Shown: positions 34,265-41,508 of the stretch, piece after piece | Layout of the letters: the number at the start of each line of letters is the position of its first letter | Numbering within the stretch: position 1 is the stretch's first letter | Assembly (NCBI GenBank): GCA_963457535.1 | Contig: OY734803.1 | Span: 489,398-553,397 of the forward strand | Length of the DNA stretch: 64,000 nt | Origin: Arenicellales bacterium | GTDB taxonomy: Bacteria > Pseudomonadota > Gammaproteobacteria > Arenicellales > Poriferihabitantaceae | Reading direction: 5' to 3' | Made by a program: the position numbers and the translations under genes | Notes under the pieces: generated by a model | What the model was told of the DNA's origin: nothing | The model's input: the letters and a program-made list of their open reading frames with translations, nothing else | The model's database searches: none

Positions 34265-36256
34265 ATGATTCCCAAAGTAAAAGCGGTTCTGAAACTCGCA
34301 ACCGCCGCGTTGCTGTCTTTCACTATCGCGCCGCTTTGCGCCGACGAGGCGCTCCATGTCGCGCCGGTATACAAGATAGGATTCACCGAAGCAAACCAAG
34401 GACTGCCTTTCATCACCGGCAAGGACATGACGCAAGGCGCCGCCGCCGATGGCTCGCTGACTTTCAGCCTGGACCTGCACTTCGGCACGGACACCCGACC
34501 GGTGGCCGGCGTTTCTGTGCTGGTTCACTATGACTCTGAAAAAATCGAAGTGACCGGCATCTCGAATATCGTGCACGCCGACATCGTGTCGGACCCGCTG
34601 AATATCGTCCGTGTCAATTCGGACCCGCCGAATATCAATGTTGCCGGAAAATCGGTGCGTGCGGACACAAACGAGGCGCTTGTACTCGGCTGGGGGAATT
34701 TGAACGCCGAGATCACTGCCCTTGCGAATGCAACACTGGATGCTCCTGTGCGCATCGCCACGATCGCATTCAAATGGAAAGCCGGCGCCGCGGGCAACAG
34801 CAATATCCTCATCACGGAACCTGCGTTTGGACACCCGCACGGGCATGAGGGTTTCCAAGGCACGGGCATATTCCTCCAAGGTCCCGCGCAGGCGACAATC
34901 ACCGCACACCCGGAGACTATTGACGCAACCGTCGGCGCGACGGAAATTCGCGTGAAATGCGCATTGTCGCGCCCTGTTTCCACGGAGGTGACTTGCAAAC
35001 TCGGCGGCGGCACTGCAGAACCGGACGATCCGATCCTTCCGACGAACCGCAGCATAACCATCGTCATCCCAAAAGACAAAAACTCGGAATCTCACACATT
35101 CTCAATCTCGCCGCCCGAGTCCGATGCCGACGCCGGCAAAGCGCTCGTAATCGCCCTTCAGAGCGTCTCCGCAGCCAACAGCGCGGAAATTCCGCACGAC
35201 CCCGAACCCGTGCGCATTCCACTGATAAAGCCGGGCCTGGATGTTCCCAAAGAGAAAATCATGACCAAAGAGGGCGGCCACAGCACCAAATTTAAAGTGC
35301 GCCTGACGCTGCCGCCGAGCGGCGGGGATGTGGTCGTGGCAATCAGCAGCACCGACACGGGCGAAGCGACGGTCGCGCCCGCATCGCTGCGATTCACCCC
35401 GGAAAACTGGGACAAACACCAGGAAGTGACTGTCAGCGGCGTGGACGACGATTTTGAAGACGACAACGAAAAATACAAAATTATTCTTGTGGTCGACAGT
35501 GCCAAGACCGGCGCAACGCGCTACCACGGCATCACCGCGTATGTCCACGGCACGAACATGAACATTGATAAAGCCGAAGCCACCCTGAAAGCGTCCCCGG
35601 CCTATCTGAGCAAAGCGGGCGGGGAGCAACGCGTTGTCATCACCGCAACATTGCGGGATTCGCTCCTTTTTGAGTCGAATACCCTCATAAACCTCAGCAA
35701 AGCGGACAGCAGCACCGCGAAAGAGGGCGAGGACTACGAGAATTTCACCCTGCCGGACAGCATCATCATTCCCGCGGGGAAGAAATCCGCCAGCAAGGAG
35801 TTCTCCATTCGCACGACTGCCGACGCGGCTGGCAATGACAAAAAAACCATTGAAATCGCCGGCACATTTGAACACTCCGGCATGCGCGTCCGCGGAGCCG
35901 TACTGCCCATTCTCGAATTTAATCTGGATGTGGACGGCGACGGGGCTTTCACCGGCCGGGATGGGATTCTGGTTATGCGCCATCTGATGGGTGTGAAAAA
36001 GTCGCTTCTGACCCGGGGCCAAACCGGCAAAGGCGCCGACTATGTCATCTATCGCATCGGTCGCATTGTTAAAGGGGACGAAACCCTGCTGAATGTGAGC
36101 GAAGAGGGAGGAAAAGGAGACGCCGACTGGATTGATGGCGCCTTGATTGCGCGGTATATGCTCGGCTTGCGCGGGGATGACCTGGTAAACGATCTCGGTT
36201 ATATCGAACCCGAACCGGAGGAAGTGGAAAGGAATATCGGGCGGCTTTTGCAGTAA
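34265..36256 (+). CDS. secreted multidomain protein: cohesin-like N-domain, three Calx-beta-like modules, C-terminal dockerin-like repeats
   Basis: ATG 34265 with GGAG 7 nt upstream. Signal peptide MIPKVKAVLKLATAALLSFTIAPLCA. Cohesin-like strands (VAGVSVLVHYDSEKIEVTGI, VRIATIAFKWK). Calx-beta motif (KEGEDYENFTLPDSIIIPAGKKSASKEFSI). Dockerin/EF-hand-like DVDGDGAFTGRDGILVMRHLMG and GDADWIDGALIARYMLG. Confidence 0.7.
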   Translation: MIPKVKAVLKLATAALLSFTIAPLCADEALHVAPVYKIGFTEANQGLPFITGKDMTQGAAADGSLTFSLDLHFGTDTRPVAGVSVLVHYDSEKIEVTGISNIVHADIVSDPLNIVRVNSDPPNINVAGKSVRADTNEALVLGWGNLNAEITALANATLDAPVRIATIAFKWKAGAAGNSNILITEPAFGHPHGHEGFQGTGIFLQGPAQATITAHPETIDATVGATEIRVKCALSRPVSTEVTCKLGGGTAEPDDPILPTNRSITIVIPKDKNSESHTFSISPPESDADAGKALVIALQSVSAANSAEIPHDPEPVRIPLIKPGLDVPKEKIMTKEGGHSTKFKVRLTLPPSGGDVVVAISSTDTGEATVAPASLRFTPENWDKHQEVTVSGVDDDFEDDNEKYKIILVVDSAKTGATRYHGITAYVHGTNMNIDKAEATLKASPAYLSKAGGEQRVVITATLRDSLLFESNTLINLSKADSSTAKEGEDYENFTLPDSIIIPAGKKSASKEFSIRTTADAAGNDKKTIEIAGTFEHSGMRVRGAVLPILEFNLDVDGDGAFTGRDGILVMRHLMGVKKSLLTRGQTGKGADYVIYRIGRIVKGDETLLNVSEEGGKGDADWIDGALIARYMLGLRGDDLVNDLGYIEPEPEEVERNIGRLLQ

Positions 36257-36329
36257 AATCCGCGGATCGCCCGAAAAATTCGCGCGGTAATTCGCGCCAT
36301 TTCGCATGCGTCTTCCCAACCAACGGCAG

Positions 36330-38825
36330 ATGAAACACACCCCGCTCATGCGGTTTCAAACGCTCGCGCAGTTGTTGGCATTGTGCGCGGCGGCCCTGCT
36401 CGCGGGCTGCGGCGGCGGTGGCGGCGCATCGCCCGAGGCAACCGCGCAGGCGCAGACCCCTCCCCCCCCGCGCTATCTGCCGCAAATTGGGGCTGATGAG
36501 GACGCGCTTCAAGAGTTGGCGCGCGCATTTGAAAACTCAGCAGAATACATGCCGCGGACTTCAGACAAAAATGGGCGGATGACCCAGCCGTCTCGGCAGT
36601 TGGCGCAAATTAATGCGGCCATGGCCTACGCGCGCGGCGCAACCGGCAAAGACGAGATAGTCGCCGTTAGCGACTCAGGCTTCCACACTGATGTGAGGTA
36701 CAAGGAACTTGAAGGCAAAATCGTTTATCTAGGCCCCGGCCCCGGCCCCGGCGCTTCGCTCGTTTTACAGCATGGCGCCAACGTCGCATCTCTGATTGCC
36801 GCCAGGCGCGACGGCGGCGGCGGGATCGGGAACATGCACGGAGTTGCTTTTGAGGCCAAACTGGCCCTCCGAAAAACCATTCTCCACGGATTCCGCGCCG
36901 ACCTTCGGTTCGTAACTGAGAAAGAAAACAAAGATATAGTGAGGGACATGATCAATCTCGACTACGCGCGCGACCATGGAGCGGCCATTGTGAACTTCAG
37001 TTTTGAGGCCACTAGCAGAAATTACATCCACGAGTACCCTGAAAAAGGAGTCCTCAAAAGGCTTCAATACGCCGTGGACTATCTGGCGCAAAAAAACACC
37101 CCTGATGCGGACAAAATCATGGTTGTCTGGGGCGCCGGAAACAAGAGCCAGGATTCGCCGAATACATTTGCGGGCATCGGTGTGCATTTTCCCGAATTGC
37201 GGGAACATGTCCTCGTGGTGGCGGCGGTCGACCAAAAAGGCAAGATTGCGGAGTTTTCAAATCGCTGCGGCGTCGCAGAGGCTTTCTGCCTTGCCGCACC
37301 GGGGGAAGACATGGCACTTCCCGCATTTCGCTGGCAAGGATATGGACAAACCCGTAGGGGCACCTCATATTCCGCGCCGATGGTCAGCGGCGGGCTTGCG
37401 TTGTTGCGGCAGTATTTCCGCGATCCGGTAACCAACGAACGGCAACTCGGCAATACCGAACTGGTCGAGCGCCTGCTCACCACCGCCTATCGCGGAAAAG
37501 TCCACGAGGGAACCCCCGACGAAGTAGATTACTCCGACTCCGAAATCTACGGACGCGGACTGATGGATTTGGATGCGGCTACCAAGCCCTACTGCTCCAC
37601 CGGGTCCGAAGAAGACTGCATGTCCACCTCCCTCTCCGATGATCCAAACGCCCAACCGTTCAACCCCGCCGCCTTCTCCCTCAGCGGCAACGCCTTCGGC
37701 GGCGCGATGCGCGATGCGCTCGGCGGCGTCAAAATCGCCGCGTTTGACGAACTGGACGCGCCGTTTTTCTTTCCGCTCGCCGACGGCGTCTCCCACGCCC
37801 CGCAAATCTCCGCCGGACATTCCGACACCTTGCACGAGCACGAAGTCGCGCTCGGCGGCGCGGCGAATGCGAGTCTCGCGCTCTCCCTCGCCGCCGGTGA
37901 ATTGTCCGCGGCGCGCATTCGGCGCGGCAATTTGTGGTTCTCCTACGGACACCACGGCGGACGCGAAGCCGGGTTGTATTTCGGCGATGACGGCGGAATT
38001 TCCGTCGCAAACTTCGGCATGAATTTCTCCGCAGAAAACTCCGCGGAAAATGTTGCCAACGCCGCCCGCCACTTCCGCGCCCCGCTGGCATTCGCCTCGC
38101 CCTACCTGTCGCTGGTTCGCGACGGACCCGGACTCGGCTGGTCGCAACCGCTGCGCTCCGGCGCGCGCTTCGGTTTCTCGCTGATGCACGGCGCGCCGCA
38201 GTTTGATCACTTCGCAAACCCCGGCGGCGCGCGCGGACTCGGCGCGCTGTTTGACTTCCGCCCGAACAACACCTCCCTCTCCCTGCAAGCCGGCGCGGTG
38301 CGCGAAGCCGATGGCTTTTTGGGAGCGCGCGCCCAGGGAAACTTCGGCGAAATCTCCGCCGACACCGCCTTCGCCGGCATCGGCGGCGACTGGGCGGCAA
38401 TGCAGAACTGGCGACTCCTCGCCTCAGCCTACCTCGGCCACACCAAAGCCGACACCGGAGACGGCATGCTGCGCGCCGCCGATGACATCGTCAGCAGCGC
38501 ATTCAGCCTCGGCCTGGCGCGCGCCGGACTTGCCCGCCGCGGCGACTGGCTCGGTCTGCGCCTGTCGCAGCCCCTCCGCGCCGAGAGCGGCGCCGCGCAC
38601 CTGCGCATTCCCGCCGGCCGCACCAAATACCGCGAAGTCCTCCACCGCCAACACAAACTGGAACTCACCCCGAGCGGCCGCAACCTGCAGGTGGAAGCCG
38701 AATACCGCGTCCCGTTTGCCGGCGGAAACTTGCGCGCCGGCCTCGGCTTTGACCGCCACGCCAACCACGACAGCGCGCGCGATTTGGAAGGGTTTTTGCG
38801 GCTGGGGTTTGAGCGGCGGTTTTGA
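36330..38825 (+). CDS. subtilisin-like (S8) serine protease autotransporter lipoprotein (NalP/SphB1-like architecture)
   Basis: Lipobox LLAGC. Catalytic D (VAVSDSGF), H (HGANVASLIAA) and S (GTSYSAPMVSG). C-terminal ~280 aa has beta-barrel-like alternating sequence ending LRLGFERRF. Start among ATG 36306/36330/36348 is uncertain. Confidence 0.8.
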   Translation: MKHTPLMRFQTLAQLLALCAAALLAGCGGGGGASPEATAQAQTPPPPRYLPQIGADEDALQELARAFENSAEYMPRTSDKNGRMTQPSRQLAQINAAMAYARGATGKDEIVAVSDSGFHTDVRYKELEGKIVYLGPGPGPGASLVLQHGANVASLIAARRDGGGGIGNMHGVAFEAKLALRKTILHGFRADLRFVTEKENKDIVRDMINLDYARDHGAAIVNFSFEATSRNYIHEYPEKGVLKRLQYAVDYLAQKNTPDADKIMVVWGAGNKSQDSPNTFAGIGVHFPELREHVLVVAAVDQKGKIAEFSNRCGVAEAFCLAAPGEDMALPAFRWQGYGQTRRGTSYSAPMVSGGLALLRQYFRDPVTNERQLGNTELVERLLTTAYRGKVHEGTPDEVDYSDSEIYGRGLMDLDAATKPYCSTGSEEDCMSTSLSDDPNAQPFNPAAFSLSGNAFGGAMRDALGGVKIAAFDELDAPFFFPLADGVSHAPQISAGHSDTLHEHEVALGGAANASLALSLAAGELSAARIRRGNLWFSYGHHGGREAGLYFGDDGGISVANFGMNFSAENSAENVANAARHFRAPLAFASPYLSLVRDGPGLGWSQPLRSGARFGFSLMHGAPQFDHFANPGGARGLGALFDFRPNNTSLSLQAGAVREADGFLGARAQGNFGEISADTAFAGIGGDWAAMQNWRLLASAYLGHTKADTGDGMLRAADDIVSSAFSLGLARAGLARRGDWLGLRLSQPLRAESGAAHLRIPAGRTKYREVLHRQHKLELTPSGRNLQVEAEYRVPFAGGNLRAGLGFDRHANHDSARDLEGFLRLGFERRF

Positions 38826-38829
38826 GGGG

Positions 38830-38851
38830 GGAAATTTAATGGAAATTTAAT
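38830..38851 (+). repeat. perfect tandem 11-nt direct repeat GGAAATTTAAT x2
   Basis: Read directly: GGAAATTTAAT at 38830-38840 and 38841-38851, just after the protease stop and 13 nt upstream of a TTGACA -35 hexamer. Confidence 0.9.
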
Positions 38852-38863
38852 TGCGTTCGGGGC

Positions 38864-38892
38864 TTGACAAGCGCCCGGCGTTGCTGCAAAAT
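38864..38892 (+). promoter_or_regulatory. sigma70-like promoter for the TolC-like gene
   Basis: TTGACA (38864-38869), 17-nt spacer, CAAAAT (38887-38892). Confidence 0.4.
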
Positions 38893-38900
38893 GCGCGGCA

Positions 38901-38922
38901 CATATGGTTTGCATATGGTTTA
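38901..38922 (+). repeat. tandem direct repeat CATATGGTTT(G/A) x2, 11-nt period
   Basis: CATATGGTTT at 38901-38910 and 38912-38921. Located just downstream of the putative -10 and upstream of the AAGGAGGT SD. Confidence 0.9.
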
Positions 38923-38945
38923 CGGATGACTCAAGGAGGTCAACT

Positions 38946-40481
38946 ATGTTTGCAACAGTGAAATGGCTGAAACAGCGGCGGAAAAAGCGGGGAGAATGGA
39001 AGGGAAAAAAATGTCATGTGAAAAACCGTTCGGCGGCGGAAATGCCGGCGCGGTTGGCGCGCGTGTGCGCGGCCGTGTGCGCGCTGCTCGCGGGCCCGGC
39101 GCAGGCGCTCACCGAGGAGCAGTTCATCAAATTGGTGCTGGCGCAGGACAAGTTGCTGGAAGAGGCGCAGATCGGGCTGGACATCAAACAGATTGAACTG
39201 GATGCCAGCCGCGACAACTACCTCAACTGGAAACCGCTGCTGACGGCGAGCGCCGGTTACTCCTACCGCGACTTGGACCGGCAAACCAGGTCAATCCACG
39301 AGTACACCAAAAAGCAGATTGGCTACCCGCAGCGCGTCAGCATCAGCGCGGAGAAAAAGTTTCTCTCCAATCCGGCCAGCATTCGCGTCGGCGTCAGCCG
39401 CGCGGCCGCGACCAACCTTATCGAGCGGTATAGAAAGAAGGTGGAGGAGAAAGACAGCCCGGACTACGAAGAACACTTCGCCACCACGCGCAGCATCAGT
39501 TTCAAATACCCGCTGCTCAAGCACGACAGCAACGCGGCCGGGCGCAAGGCATACCAGCGCAACATTCTGGACTTGCGCGACCAGCAACTCGCGTTCTTTG
39601 AGACCAAGGAGGACTTCCTGGAAGACCGGCTGAACGACTACCTGGAATGGGTGCTGCACCACCGCAACTCGGAAATCAACGGCGAATTTCTGGAGCGCTA
39701 CAAGCGCCTGGACACCGCCGACGCGGCCGAGACCGCGCTTTTGAAAAGCGCGGTGTTCCGCATAGAGCAATACAACGCCGAGACGCAAAACGACCTGCGC
39801 GCGGTGCGGGAAAAACTCGCGGTGCTGCTGGATGACCGGCGCATTTTGCGCGAGACGCCGCGCTTTGATTTTCGCAAGCGCGCCAAACTGCTCGGCGGCG
39901 ACCGCGCCGCCTATTTGCGCGCGCGCAACCGCGATTTGGCGCGCATCGGGATTGACATTGAGTTGAAGCAAATCGATCTCGCCCACTCCAAAAACCGGCT
40001 TCTGCCGTCGCTGGATTTCACCGTCACCGCCGAGGACTCGTCTTTTTCCGGATCCACGCGCACCAACTTCAACTTCCACGACGACCGCGACAACTACACC
40101 GCCGCGCTGGTGTTCTCCCACCCGCTCGGCGGCGGTTCCATCACCGACCGCACCGCGGTGCAAATCGCGCATCTGACGCTGCGCAAACTCGGCATCGCCT
40201 ACCGCGAAAAACTGCAGGACCTGCTCGCCGACATTCAATCGCTGCACGGCAAACTCGCGCTGGACGAGCCGCGCCTGCTCGCGGCCGTGGACGCGGCCGC
40301 GCAAAGCGCGCGCATTGAACTGGAAAATTACCGCGCCGGAAAATCCTCGTTCCGCGACGTGCTGCAGGCCTACCGCGACTGGCGCGACGCGAAAATCGAG
40401 CACATTCAGGATGTCATCGACTACCAGGAGGACAGCATAGAGTATGATAATCTGCTCGACCGCATGATCGCGCAGCCATAG
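38946..40481 (+). CDS. TolC-like outer-membrane efflux/channel protein with polybasic N-terminal extension
   Basis: OEP-family repeat pattern (NRDLARIGIDIELKQIDLAHSKNRLLPSLDFTVTA; ENYRAGKSSFRDVLQAYRDWRDAKIEHI). ATG 38946 has a strong SD, AAGGAGGT, 5 nt upstream. The signal-like segment MPARLARVCAAVCALLAGPAQA begins at the alternative ATG 39042. Confidence 0.65.
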   Translation: MFATVKWLKQRRKKRGEWKGKKCHVKNRSAAEMPARLARVCAAVCALLAGPAQALTEEQFIKLVLAQDKLLEEAQIGLDIKQIELDASRDNYLNWKPLLTASAGYSYRDLDRQTRSIHEYTKKQIGYPQRVSISAEKKFLSNPASIRVGVSRAAATNLIERYRKKVEEKDSPDYEEHFATTRSISFKYPLLKHDSNAAGRKAYQRNILDLRDQQLAFFETKEDFLEDRLNDYLEWVLHHRNSEINGEFLERYKRLDTADAAETALLKSAVFRIEQYNAETQNDLRAVREKLAVLLDDRRILRETPRFDFRKRAKLLGGDRAAYLRARNRDLARIGIDIELKQIDLAHSKNRLLPSLDFTVTAEDSSFSGSTRTNFNFHDDRDNYTAALVFSHPLGGGSITDRTAVQIAHLTLRKLGIAYREKLQDLLADIQSLHGKLALDEPRLLAAVDAAAQSARIELENYRAGKSSFRDVLQAYRDWRDAKIEHIQDVIDYQEDSIEYDNLLDRMIAQP

Positions 40482-40513
40482 CGCCCGCCCCGCCGCCCTC
40501 CCCGTCCCCGTTC

Positions 40514-41425
40514 ATGACCCGCACCAAAAACGGCGCCATTCAAACCATGGACGGGGTGGAGCGCATCTTTTACGACGGCTACTGGATTCGCTATTACCGC
40601 CCGCCGCCCGAATCCCTCGCCGCGAAAAAGCAGCTGATAGACGCGCTCACGCGGCGCACCTTCCACCACACCGAAGCCGGCATCAACACGCCGGGGCCGT
40701 CGCTGGAAACGGCGCGCGCCGCGTGGGAGGCCGAGCGCAACCCGCGGCGCAAGCGCGTCAACGCGGCGATGCTCGCCGGCGCGCTGTTCAACCGCGCCAC
40801 CGACATCTTCACCGCGGTGGTGGAACTGGAGGAGCGCGGCGTGGTCATCACCCGCGAAAACGAGTTGATGCGCGAATGCGCCGACGCGTTCACCGAGGCG
40901 CTGGAGCTCAGCCGCCATGTGCGGCATTCCAGCGGCGAAGAGGGCGTGGACGAACTGTGGGGCGAGCCGGTCAAAGCGTTCACCATGCCGATCGCCGACT
41001 ACTACCAGAGCCGCTACCGCAAAGCCGCGCAGGCCATGCGCGAGATCGACCGCGTCGGCGGGGCGGTGCACGAGACGCTGTGCAAGTTGCGCTGGTTCGC
41101 CGGCGCGGCCGAATTGGTGGACGGCTTCATTGACGCGGCGAAGCGCAAATCGGAAGTCTTTCGCAGCGACGAGGAGTATTACCGCATCTGGCCCGAGTTC
41201 GTCGCCGACGGCGAAAAACTGCTGGCCTTTCGCGCGGAAATCCCCGGCGGCGCGGACAGCGCATTGGAGCGGCACATCAAGCGCGGCACATTGCTGCTGC
41301 GCGCCGGCAAGGAATTGATTGAGTGGATTGCGAATGTGCGCGTGCCGATGCCGGTGAGCGCCGAAAAATATCTGGCGAAATGCGGGAAGTACCGGGCGGC
41401 GAGCGCGAAGTTCGCGGCGTCGTGA
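40514..41425 (+). CDS. hypothetical protein (303 aa), no family recognised
   Basis: Non-repetitive, helix-rich, protein-like composition, with no signal peptide or TM. The only plausible frame, since the opposite-strand ORF is R-rich shadow. No clear SD. Confidence 0.55.
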   Translation: MTRTKNGAIQTMDGVERIFYDGYWIRYYRPPPESLAAKKQLIDALTRRTFHHTEAGINTPGPSLETARAAWEAERNPRRKRVNAAMLAGALFNRATDIFTAVVELEERGVVITRENELMRECADAFTEALELSRHVRHSSGEEGVDELWGEPVKAFTMPIADYYQSRYRKAAQAMREIDRVGGAVHETLCKLRWFAGAAELVDGFIDAAKRKSEVFRSDEEYYRIWPEFVADGEKLLAFRAEIPGGADSALERHIKRGTLLLRAGKELIEWIANVRVPMPVSAEKYLAKCGKYRAASAKFAAS

Positions 41426-41442
41426 CGCGGCGCGCCGCCGGC

Positions 41443-41459
41443 GGCGGTATAATACCGCC
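41443..41459 (+). promoter_or_regulatory. 8-1-8 palindrome GGCGGTAT-A-ATACCGCC containing a TATAAT hexamer upstream of gcvT
   Basis: Perfect inverted repeat. TATAAT at 41448-41453, 55 nt upstream of the gcvT ATG. Could be a -10 overlapped by an operator. Confidence 0.35.
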
Positions 41460-41508
41460 CCGAGGCCGCCGACTCGGCGGCGCAACCGGCAATCCGCAAT
41501 CCACGATA

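Noticed and set aside
33758-36349. 445-aa and 415-aa minus-strand ORFs opposite the cohesin/dockerin gene
   Set aside because: They have no motifs, SD or signal features. The + strand frame has an SD, a signal peptide, and Calx-beta and dockerin-like motifs.
34265-38825. Calling the lower-GC block, or the RES-Xre pair at 45970-46931, a mobile element or genomic island
   Set aside because: No integrase, transposase, tRNA target or flanking direct repeats are visible. The compositional difference rests only on hand counts of a few lines, so these are reported as findings rather than mobile_element features.
38904-38945. Track start (ATG 38904) for the TolC-like ORF
   Set aside because: That ATG lies inside the CATATGGTTT direct repeat and upstream of the AAGGAGGT SD. 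ATG 38946 (or 39042) is far better supported.
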